Shown here one piece after another: positions 25,307 through 38,858 of a stretch of DNA of 63,735 nucleotides (the stretch's first letter is position 1; every line of letters starts with the position of its first letter). The stretch is from the NCBI RefSeq assembly GCF_004010195.1, contig NC_057758.1, forward strand, positions 6,069,352 through 6,133,086, written 5' to 3'. The DNA is from Chiloscyllium plagiosum. Its lineage: Eukaryota. The position numbers and the translations under genes are program-made. Below the pieces are notes generated by a model. The model saw nothing but the letters and a program-made list of their open reading frames with translations, made no database searches and had not been told where the DNA came from.

Positions 25307-27450
25307 CCATTATTTGGAGATGCCGGTGTTAGACTGGGGTGTACAAAGTTAAAAAATCACACAACACCAGGTTGTTGTCCAACAGGTTTATTTTGAAACA
25401 CTAGCTTTCGGAGCGCTGCTCCTTTATCAAGTGATTTTGGAGAATAAGATTGTAAGACACAGAATTTATAGTAAACGTTTACAGCTGACGTAACTGACAT
25501 TATATATTTAAAAAACTTGTTAATTCACTCATTTTTCAGAATGAACATGTTTATTTCAGTTCTTTCATATGTAAACCGAAAAACGTTTTTTTTAATGTTA
25601 CATTCTTAGTTGAATGGGAACAAATGATGTCAGACTGTCCCAGATAATGTACTGAAGGTTTTAGCTCCCTGTGAGGTTATCTCTGCCACAATGGTCATAT
25701 TGATTATAACCTAAAAAAAAGATTATACGGAATCTTACAGGGATGCATGCAGTTTATAAGCAAAATAAAATGTAATTCTCAAAGTACAAAGTCACCAACA
25801 AATATATGTGTGTATGTGTGCATGTGGGTGTGTGTGTAGGGTGTGCTGAGGGGTTATGAGTGTTTGCGAGAGGGTGTGTGTATGTCTGTGATTTTGGTTG
25901 TAAAGTGGTTTTAATCTGTGAGATTTCATGTGTGGGAGTGCATGTGTGCGTGTATTATAAAGGGTCTGAGTGTGTGCATGTGTGTCTATATGTGTGTGTC
26001 TATCTGTGTGTATGTATAGTTTGGGCACTCGTAAATACTCAGGGAATGCTTTCATAAGAACGGGGTACGATGTTCAACTCATCCACCACCAGGTACGACG
26101 TCCGACATAGAGGAACCGTAATTACCTCCTCAGGAGACAAACACAAGCTGCAACTGTCAGGGTACCGATTGTTGTCCAGTATCACCCAGGAGCTGAAAAC
26201 TACGCCATGTTCTTGCAGCCTGCAATACATTATCAATGAGGATGAGCACCTCGCCAAGACCGTCCCCATAACTCGACTTCTCGCATTTGCACAACCACCA
26301 AACCTCAAACAGGTCATTGTTCTTATCAAACCGCTCGGCTTTCAGGACAATACCATACAACTCTGTCACGGTAGATGCTGCAAGACATGTCAGAATGCCC
26401 ACACAGATACAACCATTACGCGTGGGGACACCTCTAACCATGTAATCACGTCACTCATCCAACGTTGTCTATCTCATACGCTGCAACAAGGATGCTCTGA
26501 GGTCTGGTACATTGACGAGACCAAACAAAGGCTACTACAACGTCTGAATGTACACCGCAGAACAATCAACAGACAGGAGTGTTCCCTCCCAGTTGGAGAA
26601 CACTTCAGAGGTCTGGGACCTTCGTCCTCGGAACTTCGGGTGACCATCCTCCGAGGTGGACTTCGGGACAGGCAAAAGCGAAAAGTGGCTGAGCAGAAAC
26701 TGATAGCCAAATTTAGTACCAATGGGGATGGCCACAACCGGGTCCTTGGGTTCATGTCACACGACAGGTGCCCCCATTGCACTCTATACACAGACAGACA
26801 GACACAGACAGACACACACACATACACACACAGACATTTAGTCCCTCTCTCATATACTCACGCATACACTCCGACACACGCCCTCTCACTGTCTTAAACA
26901 CCTTTACACTCACAGTTACACACATGCACACACTCTCTCACAGACACTCTTCGTCAGCCCCAGCCTTCACCCCACATACAGCTGCATGCACATATACACA
27001 GATAAGTTTGTGGCGTGAATTTGTACTTTGCAGAATTACGTTTTACTTTGTTTTAAAACTGCATGAATCCATGTAAAATTCTGTAAATCCGTTATTTTTC
27101 GATTAGAGTCAGACTGACAGGGAGCTAACACCTTCAATACATTATCTGGGCCGACATGACACTAATTGTTAATGTACACTTGGGAAGGTAACTTTAAAAA
27201 AAAAGTTTTGCGATTTACACATGAAAGAACTGAAACCGACATGTTCATTCTAAAAGATGAGAGACTTAACAAATATTCCAGGTCTTTTTCAATATATAAT
27301 TTCAGTTACATCACACTGTAGATTTTTGCTATAAATTCTATGTCTTGCAATCATACTCTCCACAACCATCTGAAGAAGGATCAGCACAACCAGAGCACAA
27401 CCAGGCATCCAAATAGGCGTGTTAGACTATAACTTGGTGTTGCGTGATAA
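25307..27450 (+). mobile_element. Penelope element (same family as 2849-5242): inverted terminal copy 25307-26020 plus direct 3' part 26020-27450
   Basis: ORF 26070-26897 with CHGRCCKTC and WYIDETKQRL..LNVH..PVGEHF; 25307-25800 is the reverse complement of the 3' end at 27000-27450 and 4730-5240. Confidence 0.92.
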
Positions 27451-27459
27451 TTCTTATCT

Positions 27460-29160
27460 CCACTCTCTGACTTCTGAGAAGCAGCCAGTCATGTGTCCAT
27501 GCTAGTAACACCATATTACTCATCAGCCTCCTGTGAAACACTTTATAAAATGTCTTCCCATAAGTCCAGATAGCTCACGTTTATTGCCACTCCTTGATTT
27601 AACCTGCTCGTTGCCATTTTAAAGAATGCTAACAGTTTTGTCAAGCATGACTTTGCTTTGATGAAACCATTGTTAACATTGCCATATTTTACTAAACACT
27701 TCCAAGTAACCAGAAATCTCATCCTTCGCAATGGACTGCAAAATATTAACAATGACTACAGTTGTCTAATCGGCCTGTAATTTACCATCTTTTGCCAAAG
27801 TCTATTCTTCTATGTGGTTTGGGGAAAATTACATTAACAATTTTCCAGGCCTCTGGGCTCCTTCCTGACCCCAGTGAAACCAAAGGTTTTTCTACTGTAT
27901 CGTCCACTATCTCCTCAGTTATCTCTGCCAGAACTTGAGGATGTAGCCCATCTGATTGAGTTGATGTATTAACTTTCAGACCTTTCAGTTGTTCTGGCCT
28001 CTTCTCCTATATAATGGCTCCGTATTCATTTCTGACCATTAGGTCTCTCGATTCCTTTGGATATTACTTGCGTCTCTCACCGTGAAGACTGACACAAACT
28101 ACTCATTAACTTCTTCAGCCTTTTCTTTGTGCCCCATTACCAAATTTCCAGGATCGTATTCCAGCTTTTGCCAATCATTTTCTTTCCTTTAATATCGATA
28201 GCAACTCTTGCAATTTTCCTTAATATTATAGTTTTGCTTAAACATATTTAATTTTCCACTATCTTCTTTCTTTGTTCATTGTCCAAGGTTAATCTTTCTC
28301 GGCTTCCCATTCCGCTGGTTTCCAACTCCGCTTTGCCAGATGATATGCTTTCTTCTTTATTTTTTCTGCTGTCGCTGACTTCCATGGTCAGCCATAGTTG
28401 TCTCATCCTCCATTTAGTCTGCATCTTTTCATTCGCAATGAACGTTTGCTGTATCTGTTACTGAAGTATTTTTTTCTTCATGTTGCAAATATTCTGCACT
28501 ATATTTTGTACTGAGGACTTAAATAAGTTTTACTGAGCTATCCTTTCTTTTCATTTTTGTCATATTATTTTCAATGCAGAAACGAACCTCATAGCCGTTT
28601 ACCTGCAGAGTTTCACCGCATTCGTTATTAGACTTATTGGAGTTTTCCTCTTTGCACGAATTCCTAGTTTGATATACTGTTGTCCACCCTATTAACCTTT
28701 TTCGTCAGAACCCTTGCTCCAAATCAGTTCTGGTCTTCAAAGTCCCAATGGTAAAGATCCCTCTTTTTCCAATACTGATGCCACTGCCTCATGAAAAGGA
28801 ATCCCTCTTTCCTGCTCTGCTCTATTGGCGGCATGTTACTTCCCTTATTCTCCTGTCTCGACGCCAATTTGCGAATGACTTGGTCGGGAATCCAGAAATT
28901 ATGCCCATTGTGGATCTGTTCTTTAAATTATTTCCTTCCTCCTGATAATGTCTGAACAGATCCTTTTTCCTAGTCTTGCCATTGTTATTTGCACAGACGT
29001 GGACCATAATAATTGGATCCTTACCCTTCCTGTCTAATATCCTTCCGAGGCAGTCGATGATGTCCCGCACACTGGCATCGGAAAAGCAACGCAGCACGCG
29101 AGACTCTCAATACTGCTTAGAAAGGGTACTATCATTCCTCTTAATTTGGAATCCCATGCA
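27460..29160 (-). mobile_element. Decayed CR1 with ORF1 SGNH esterase and ORF2 remnants
   Basis: GKDPIIMVHVCANNNGK...IISG.P (28822-29097); NGFIKAKSCLTKLLAFF..YLDL (27543-27752). Confidence 0.85.
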
Positions 29161-29164
29161 ACTA

Positions 29165-30090
29165 TCATAAAGTCAGAGAATCATGGAGTCCTGCAACACG
29201 GAGATGTGCCTGTTGGCCGAAAAGAGCCCATGTTAATCAAAATATCTCTCTACGCTGACCCCAACACTTCGCCAATATCCTTCTATTCACTTCTTTCCAT
29301 GTATTTGTCCAAATGATTTAAAAAATATTTTTAAAGAACCCGCCTCAACTACTTCTGTTGGCAGCTCATTCCACATGTGTATCACCGTCCGTGTGAAACG
29401 GTTGCTCCTCAGGTTTCCTTTTCTTATTTCCCCACTAACCTTAAGCTGATGCCCTCTCGTCCTCGATTCCCGAACCCCGCAAGAAAGACTGAGTGCATCC
29501 ATCAGCTCCATGCAGTTCAAGATTTTTTTCACATGCGTATGATACCCCAACACTCTCCTATGCTCTAAAGAAAAGAAGTCATCGCGTGTTCCGATACACC
29601 AGACCATTGAGTCCAGGCAACATTCCCGAAAATTGCTCCTGCACTCTTTCCAGTTTCACAACGCCGATCCCACAGAAGATGACCAAAAGTGAACACAATA
29701 CTTCAGTTTTTGATTCATCAACGTATTGTATAACTGCAAAACTCCCCAACGCCAATACTGACTGCCCTGCCTGACGAAGGCCAGTGTCTAAAAAGCCTTC
29801 TTCACTACCCTGTCTACTTTTGACTCCACTTTCAGAGAACTGTGAACCAGAACTCTAAATCCCTTTGTTGCTGTACACTCCATAAGGACATGCCATTCAC
29901 ATGACAGTCCAATCGTGATTTGACTGTCCAAAATGCAAGACCTCACACTCACGACAAGCCACACTTATTGACATTAAACTCCATTATCCACTTCTCGGCG
30001 CACTTCTCCAGCTGATCACGAACTTGCAGCAATTCCTGATAACCTTCCTTACTCTCCACCACACCGCCTATTTTAGTGTCATCAGCAAAC
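29165..30090 (-). mobile_element. CR1 3' part
   Basis: ESRTRGHQLKV..NRFTRTVIHMWNELP; ATCATA tail. Confidence 0.88.
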
Positions 30091-30349
30091 GTGCCTGTAT
30101 TTTCTAATTGAAATCTTGCCACTTGTCTTTGTACTCCCCCAAATTGAATGGCCTAATTTCGCACTGTGCCATACTCCACTGGCTCATCCATCCTGCATCT
30201 TTTCTACTCATACAGACAAAGAGTAGGTACCAATACTTTGGACAACGTTAACAGCTGAACATGGAATATAGATAACAGAACTGTTCAGCAAAGTCAGCCA
30301 TTTGGCTCTCAAAGCTGTGCCGAACTTCTTTCCTTTGCTGAGATCAAAC

Positions 30350-31212
30350 TATAAGACCATAAGACCATAAGACATAGGAGCGAAAGTAAGGCCATTCGGC
30401 CCATCGAGTCCACTCCGCCATTCAATCATGGCTGATGGGCATTTCAACTCCATTTACCCGCATTCTCCCCGTAGCCCTTAATTCCTTGTGACATGAAGAA
30501 TTTATCAATTTCTGCCTTGAAGACATTTAGCGTCCCAGCCTCCACTGCACTCTGTGGCAATGAATTCCACAGGCCCACCACTCTCTGGCTGAAGAAATGT
30601 CTCCGCATTTCTGTCCTGAATTTACCCCCTCTAATTCTAAGGCTGAGTCCACGGGTCCTAGTCTCCTCGCCTAACAGAAACAATTTCCTAGCGTCCACCC
30701 TCTCCAAGCCATGTATTATCTTGTAAGCTTCTATTAGATCTCCCCTTAATCTTCTAAACTCCAATGAATACAATCCCAGGATCCTCAGCCGTTCCTCATA
30801 TGTTCGACCTACCATTCCAGGGATCATCCGTGTGAATCTCCGCTGGACACGCTCCAGTGCCAGTATGTCTTTCCTGAGGTGTGGGGAAGAAGACTGGACA
30901 CAGTACTCCAAATGGGGCCTAACCAGAACTTTATAAAGTCTCAGTAGCACAACAGTGCTTTTATATTCCAACCCTCTTGAGATAATTGACAACATTGCAT
31001 TCGCTTTCTTAATCACGGACTCAACCTGCATGTTTACCTTTAGAGAATCCTCAACTAGCACTCCCAGATCCCTCTGTACTTTGGCTTTACGAATTTTCTC
31101 AATGTTTAGAAAGTAATCCATGCTTCTATTCTTTTTTCCAAAGTACAAGACGTCGCATTTGCTCACATTCAATTCCATCAGCCATTTCCTTGACCACCCC
31201 TCCGAACTCCTC
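30350..31212 (-). mobile_element. Young 5'-truncated CR1 LINE (HER1-like) with open ORF2 C-terminus
   Basis: Uninterrupted 244-aa frame 31178-30444 (LYKVLVRPHLEYC, FFSQRVVGLWNSLP); (TCTTATGG)n tail at 30350-30375; possible CAAACTA target-site duplication. Confidence 0.97.
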
Positions 31213-31219
31213 CAAACTA

Positions 31220-33420
31220 ACAGACATTGCCTTTATTTTACGATCATCCATCTGCCTATCCAACAGACTATTCCATGTCCCTCATGTATCTGAATCTGCC
31301 ATCAACGTTGGCAGTGCATTCCAAGCACTCACTACACTCTGTGAAAAGAACCGACATTTGGTGTCTATTCTGAACCTTCTTCCAATCACCTTAAAATTAT
31401 ACCCACTTGTAATAAGCATGTCTGCCCTTTGAATATATCTCTGCGTATTCACTCTATCTATGTCTCTCATCGTTCTGTGCGCCTCTACCAAATCACCTCA
31501 CATCTTTCTTTACTCCAATGAGAAAAGTCATAACCCCTCAAACGTTCTTCATAAGACATGCCATACAGTCTCGGCATCATCCTGGTAATTCTCCCCTGCG
31601 CTCTCTCTGAAGCTTCCACATTTTCCATGTAATGAGGAGACCAGAACTGACCACAAAATTTTAAGTGTGGACTTCCTCGTGGACTATACAGCTGGAGCAT
31701 AAACTCAAGGCTTTTAAACACAATACCGATAATGAAAGAAAATACACAATGCGGCCTTCTAAACAAGCTCATCAACAAGGGTGGCGACTTTGAACGATCC
31801 ATGAACGTGGACACCAAAATCTCTATGTTCCTCCACACTGCCATTTTCCTGCCTTCAACCCCGTATTTTGCATTAAAATTCGAACTTCCAAAATGAACGA
31901 CTTCACACTTTTACAGCGTGAAATCAATCTGTCAATTCTCACCCCAGGTCTGTATCATGTCAAGGTCCCGTTACTCCCAACAAATTCCCTCCTCACGATC
32001 CACCACTTCAAAAATCTTCATGCCTTCGGCAAAATCACTCGCCCCATCTGCCAGTTCGTTATTCATGTTTAAACATCACAAAGGTCAGAGGACGTGGATC
32101 AGAACCCGATGGAACACCTATGGTCACTGGGCTCCAGTCTGAATGATTTCCATCTACAACCACACTCTCTCTTCTATGGGTCAGTGAAGTCTGTATCCAG
32201 ACAGCCATACTTCCCTGTATCTCACGACTCCTCACCTTTTGAATGAGCCTACCATGGGAAAACCTATCAATAGCATTAATAAAAACAATTTGCACCTCAT
32301 CGACTACTCCACGTTCGTCAGTGTGCTTTGTCACATTCTCACAGAATTCAATAAGGCTTATGAGACATAATCTGCTCCTCACAAAGCCCACTCACTATCT
32401 CTAATCAAACTATGGGTTTCCAAGTGATGATACATCTTTTCTCACAGAATCCACTCCAACATTTCACCCACTGGAGACATAATTCTCAAGATTATCCATA
32501 TTCCCTTTCTTAAACAAAAGTATGAATGTTTTCAACTTGTACTCATCTGACACAACTCCAGGGGATTGTAAGAAAGCAAAGATCATCGCCAACGGCGCAA
32601 CAATCTCGACCCTTTCTTCCGGTAGTAACCTTTGGGTTTATCTCAACTGGCCCAGGGAACTCCACACTGCCAGTTTCCTTTATTCTTTTACTTATTTTAA
32701 ATTTATAAGCACATCCTCACTCATATCATCAAATTGTTCGAGCATGTCAGCCTGTTCTACGCTATCCTCAAAAACGTCAAGGCCCGTCTGAGTCGTGAAT
32801 ACTGGAGAAAAATATTCATTGAGTATCTCCCCTACCTCCTCCAACTACAGGCACAAGTTTCCTCCACTGGCCGTGTTTGGTCCTATACTCACTCCGGGCA
32901 TTTTCCTGCTCCTCACATATGTATAGAATGCCTTAGGGGCTTCCCCAATACTTCGCACCAAAGCTTTTTTATGCCTCTTCTAACAGTCTTAAGTTATGTT
33001 TTCAGTTCATTTCTGGCTGCCTTGCAGACCTCTTGAGCCCTGCCTGATCCTTAAATTCTTATACTTATAGCTGTATTCGTCTAAAAAAAAGCCCAATACC
33101 TGCCTCACTTGCAGCCACACTTTGCTGTTCCTGGCCACCGACAGAGTTTGTGAAACTTCATCTACCAGGTATGACCGCCTCCTGAAACAAAGTATCCAGG
33201 TGTTCTTTCAGACCCTGGATATGCTGCAGCGTTTGAAGCTCAGATTCCAGCTTATCAAATAAACCAGACTTCTTCAAACAAAGAACAATTTTGCAGATGT
33301 GGTCAATGCAAATTGAAATGTGATCAGCCATCTCCTACATCACACAGTGACAGCATATGGACTGCGCAGCCGTCTCTACTTAGTTACTTAAATTGGTAAT
33401 TAGTTAATCATCGATTAACT
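31220..33420 (-). mobile_element. Decayed CR1 (RT plus ORF1 remnants)
   Basis: GFVRSRLCLISLIEF...FSHGRLIQKV..GVPSGS (32059-32391); Cys-rich ORF1 start near 33200-33370. Confidence 0.88.
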
Positions 33421-33959
33421 TTCTTTTGTCGATTTCGAGTGTTGTTTTTGTTCAAATCTCGGACAGATTTCCGATCAGCCAATCAGGTCAGACCTCTCTT
33501 GTAACGTGCTGAAAGCTCAGTCAATCATGCTATTCACTGTTGAAAGCAGAAATGGAAAAAGACAAGTAAGGTCCCATCATAAACCATCGAGGAAAGACAA
33601 ACGATGGTTTCGGCATAATCTCTCAGTCACTTTCAAAGTAACGAACGCATCATTCCTTGCAAAACTTCAATGAGTTTAAACACAGGCTGCATTTCCTTTT
33701 CTCCGTGCCAATGATGGCTCCAGCAAACAGCAACCATTCTTAATGAAAGCAAAGAAAAAAGAACAATTGTCAAACTTATAATGTTGGCTTTATGCTTCCT
33801 AAGTCTGATGAGGAGAGTTAAGGTATGAACCCAGTCCTCCTGGATTAAAGATTGGTGAACATCCCTTGCATCATAGAGTCCCTGAGGCTCTTGCCTGTTA
33901 CTGTTATATCTGTACAACACGGTGATGACGATGAATTGGAGACGAATTTCTCCTCAGTG

Positions 33960-36900
33960 CTAAGATCAAGCTAAATGACTGGATATGGAAACAATTGACA
34001 GAAACACTTTCGTTTCAGGATTTGATTCTCCCACCTTGTTCCTCGATGCTGGAAGCATCCTGAAGAAATTTGGTTAACTTGAGAAATGTGTTGGTTCCTG
34101 GGACTTCGATGTTGTGGCCATCTCGGAGACATATAGAGAGCTGGGACATGAATGCCACAGAATACGTGGTTCAGACGATTCAGTAAATCAGTAAAGGGAG
34201 TAAAAGAGGGGCGGTGTGGCATTGTTAGTCAAGGACAGTTTTACTGTGGCAGGAAGGATGGTGATGAGGACTCGTCTATTGAGATAGTATAGGCTGAGTT
34301 TAGGAACAGAAAAGGAGTGGTCACCCTATTGGGTGTTTTCTGTAGCTGTACAATCAATTCCGGAGATGCAGAGGGAAGGATAACGAAGACAATTCTGGAT
34401 TGTAGCGAGAGTAACAGGGTAGTTGTTATGGGAGCCCATAAATTTCCCAACTTTGACTGGAACTACTATAGTTCGACGACTTTAGATGGGTCAGTTTTTG
34501 TACTCTTGGGTGTTTTCTGTAGGCCTCGGAAAAGTTTCAGAAATGTAGCAGAAAGGATTGAAAAAAGAAATCTGGGCAGGAGCGAAAGTAACAGGGTAGT
34601 TGTCATGAGAGACTATAGTTTTCCAAATATTGACTGGATACGCTTTAGTTGGAGTACTTTTGATGGGTCAGATTTTCCCAATTTGAACAGGAGGGTTTAA
34701 TGACGCAGTCAACAAAAGGCGAATCCACATTGGTTTTGGTACTGGGTAATGAACCAGGCCAGGTGTTCGATATGAAGAAAGGTGTGCACTTTGGTGTTAG
34801 TGACCACAATTCAGTGACGATTCCTTTAACGATGGAAATGGACAGGTATGTACTGCAAAGCAAGATTTATAGATGGGGTAAAATCAACTATGATGTGTTC
34901 AGGCAAGACTTAGTGACTATAGGATGGGTAAGTAAACTGCAGCGGATAGGCACAATTGAAATGTTGAGCTTATTCAAGGAAAAGCAATAGCGTCACCTTG
35001 ATAAGTATGCATCGGTCAGGCAGAGAGGAAGTGGTCAAGTGAGGAAACTGTGGCTTACTAAAGAAGTTGAATCGCTTGTCAAGTGTAAGAACGAGACACA
35101 TTAAAGATGAGACGTGAAGGCTCAGTTAGGACACTTGAGAGTTACAAGTTCGCACGCAGTGACCGAAAGAGAATCTAAGTAGAAGCAGGAGGGGACTTGA
35201 GAAATTTTCGATAAAATCAATGGAAATCCGAAAACTTTCTGTCAGTATATCAGTAATAAAAGAATGACAAGGTCAGATTAGGGCCAATTAAGTAAAATAG
35301 TTGGAAGTTTTGGGTGGTGTCTGAACAGATAGAAAAGGCACTAAATGACAGTTTTGTCATGATTCACACAGGAAAAATGCATTGCTGTCGAGGGGAACAC
35401 TGAGATACAAGGTACGAGAATGGACGGCATTGAATTTCTTCAGCAGACGGTGTAAGAAATTGTGGAAAGTATGAAAATAGGTAAGTCAACTGGGTCGGAT
35501 GGGATTTATCCTGGGATTATCTGGGACCCTAGTGAGGAGGTTGCATATCATTTGTCTTTGATGTTTATGTTTATGTCGTCATTGTCTGTATGAAGTGTGC
35601 CAGAAGACTGGATGATAGCAAATGTGGTTCCCTTGTTCAAGTCGGGGAATAGACACAACCCTGGTAATAATCGACCAGTGAGCATTACTACTCTTTTTGG
35701 AACTTTTTCGGTGGTATTGTAAGAGATAGGATTTATAATATCCTCGAACATAATAATTTGATGAGGAATATTCAACACGGTTTTTTGAAGAGTAGGTCGA
35801 CCATCACAAACCTAAGTGCGTTCTTTGAGAATGTGACGAAACTGGTGGATGAAGATAAAACTGTTGATGTGCTGTATATGGATTTCAGTAAAGCTTTTGA
35901 TCAGCTTCCCCGTTGTGGGCCATTGTAGAAAATGCAGAGGCATGTGATTGAAGATAATATAGCGGTTTTTAGCAGATATTATCACAATGTCCCCTTCTGG
36001 TTCTTTTTCGTTCCCACTTTATGTCCGACCTGGCTAGCTTGTAACACTCAAGCGCACTAACTGCGCCTTCACGTCTGATCTTTCCATGCACCTGGATTTC
36101 TGTTCGTACTGCTGCACCGCAAGGATATGCTTTTGGACCACTATTGATTTTGATTCTTATAACTGACCTGGATAAGTGCGATGAACAATGTGTCAGAATA
36201 TTTGCCGATGACCCTAAACTACGTGGAGCTGTGGACAGTGTAGAAGGACTTTGCAGGTGAAAGTGGAACATAAGAAATTTGGAGAATTGGACTGAGAGAT
36301 GGCAAAAGGAGTAGAATGTGGAAAATTGTGAGGTGATGCATATTGGAAAGAGGAACAGGCATACAGCGTACTGGGCTCAGGGTAAGATTCTGGGCAGTGT
36401 GTATGAGCACAGAAGTCCCTGGCTCGATGTGAATGCATCCCTGTAATTTGCCACAAAGGCTGATAAATGTAGTGCTGGAAAGTCACAGCCCGTTAGGCAG
36501 CTTTCGATGAACAGGAGAATTGACGCTTCGGGCATAAGTCTTTCATCAGGATTGGCTCTTCTGCTGCAGGGCTTATGCCAGAAACGTCGACTTTTCCTGA
36601 GCCTCGGATGTAGCCTAATGGGCTGTACTTTTCCAGCGCCACACTTTCGACTCTGACCTCCAGCATCTGCAGCCATGACTTTAATTCATGTTGATCGGGG
36701 AAAAAGAAAACGTTTAGTTCTTCAGATTTTATTCGCAGACGATTTGAGTTTTGGAGATATGCAGTTTTGTACAAAACTCTGGTGTAGCCATATTATTGGA
36801 AGTATGTGGAAGCTTTGGAATGGGGTGCAGAGGAGATTTAGCGGGATGTTGCCGAGTATTTTAGTAAAGTCTTATAAGAAAAGGGTGAGAGATGTGAGGC

Positions 36901-37275
36901 TGTCTTTGTTCGCGAGAAAGGGGATAAGAGGTAACTTCATAGAGGCATACAAGATGATCAGAGCATTAGATAGGGTGAGAGCCTTTTCTTCCTTGGATGG
37001 TGATAGCTAGCAAGAGGTGACATAGCTTTAAATTGAGGTGTAATAGATATAGGACAGTTGTGACAAGCAATTTATTTACTCAGAGAGTAGCAAGGATGTG
37101 GAAATAGCTGTCTGCAACAGTAGTGGACTCGGCTATATTATGTAGATTGAAATGGTAATTAGATAACCACATGAATGATCATGAAATAGTGTAGGTTCTA
37201 TGGGCTTTCGAATGGTTTCACTGGTCAGCACAACATCGATGGACGAAGGGTCTGTACTGCACTGTAATCTTCAAT
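33960..37275 (+). mobile_element. Decayed near-complete CR1 ORF2 (EN plus RT) with internal rearrangements
   Basis: NRVVVMG..FPN.DW, GVSDHNSV, VVPLFK.G....PGNNRPVS, YMDFSKAFD, C-terminal RGNFIEAYKM; 177-bp internal duplication; inverted piece 35970-36090. Confidence 0.9.
36469..36672. mobile_element. Fold-back Penelope terminal insertion with two opposed degenerate hammerheads
   Basis: Inverted arms ~36469-36550 and 36560-36642; minus CTGATGAAAGACTTATGCCCGAAGCGTC, plus CTGCTGCAGGGCTTATGCCAGAAACGTC. Confidence 0.8.
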
Positions 37276-37859
37276 GTTCAACATTGAACGTTCTACGTTA
37301 TACGTTCCGTGATGTGTGGGGTACTAATCGCGGATCATTTTGGATAGTTAGTCGGTTTGTTAAACGTTCACCTCGAAAATGGACCTCGCCGGCTACAAGG
37401 CTCTATTTAATCTTTCAGCACTCAAGAAAGGCGACATTGATTTCATGCAAAGACCGGAAATGATGCAGTATTTCACATGCACTCATGTTTTAAATGCATG
37501 GGTTGCACAACTGAACCTGCACATATCAGTCTCACACAATAGCCATTGTCTGCCTGTACACAATATACTGTTTCCAATGTGCTAAGCATGCAAATTTCAG
37601 TTGTCCCGCACGAGACATTGTATTACTGCAGACAATATACATTTTGCACACCGCTGAGTGTTCATATATTAGTTATCTCACAATATATATAGTACTACTG
37701 TAGATATTTTATTTCTATAGGCAATAAACATGTTGCATATTGCTGTGTTTCCAAACATTAGCTGGCCTCCACAGTGGTCGTTCTATTGATAGACACCATT
37801 CAGCAGCTGAATATTAGCTAATGCCCCGGTATCTGCTTTCTCACTGTGTTGAATTAGTA

Positions 37860-38080
37860 TTAGTGCAGTTTATGTCTCTTTGCGTGTGAGGGGTATCTCA
37901 CTAACTGTGTGTATGTTTGTGTTGTGTTTGTGTGTCTGCATGCATATGTGTCAGTCAGTGAGCGCAGTCATGCTTATGTATCTGCTGGCATTACTGTCTG
38001 TTTGTATGTGTGTCAATGGAGTTGAGTTTGTGTTTATGTGAATGTGAGTGCATATACCTGTGTCAGTTTGCGTGTGTTAC
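37860..38080 (+). repeat. Degenerate (TG)n tract
   Basis: Seen directly. Confidence 0.8.
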
Positions 38081-38563
38081 TGTTTGACTCCACAGTGCAC
38101 ATCATGGATTTTATCTGTGTTGTGGTTTTAGCAATTGTTAATGCCAGAATTACCTTTGTCATCAATGCTGTTTTATCATTTGGGTCGCTCAGTGGAGGCT
38201 GAGATCTAGCCTGTTTAGAGACCTTGGGTTCTTAGGGATGGTGCAGCTAGGCATTTCTGATGAATGCCTAGTAAAACCAATCCTTTTACTAACACGTGAT
38301 TCCATCTCCATTGAAACAGCCTTCACAAACATTCTGCAGGACAGATTGAGCGTAAAAAATCCTGGGCGATAAAGTTTTGTTCCGTTGACGTTCAGCTCAC
38401 AAAAGCATAAAATCCATCGCTTGATAATGTGACGATACTACCTCTTTCACAAGTTTATTTTGTCATTTTCTTTCCGTCAAGAGGAGGGTCGTCAAGGCAG
38501 TGGTGCTGGTTGTCCTAGATTGGTTACTTTAAAAGAATGGCAGTAGAAATCCCAGTCCTCAGG

Positions 38564-38858
38564 TGGTGATAGTTCGGACGAGGGGACACAGCTTTAAATT
38601 GAGGGATGATAGATATAGGAAAGATGTCAGAGGTAGTTTCTTTACTCAGAGAGTAATAGCGATGTGGAGCACACTGCCTACAACAGTAGGAGTCTCGCCG
38701 ACGTTTAGGACAGTTAAATGGTCATTGGAAAAACATATAGATGAAATGGAATAGTATAGGATAGACAGGCTTCAGATTAGTTGCACCGGTCGACGCAACA
38801 TGGAGGGCCAAAAGGCCTATACAGAACTCAGTGCTGTATTTTCGATGTTCCGTGTTCT
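38564..38858 (+). mobile_element. Short CR1 3' end insertion
   Basis: RTRGHSFKLR...FFTQRVIAMWSTLP; GTTC-type tail. Confidence 0.92.

Noticed and set aside
30150..30195. MDEPVEYGTV ITIM-like peptide on the minus strand
   Set aside because: The context fits a decayed CR1 MEYN..KCEV.HFG segment better.
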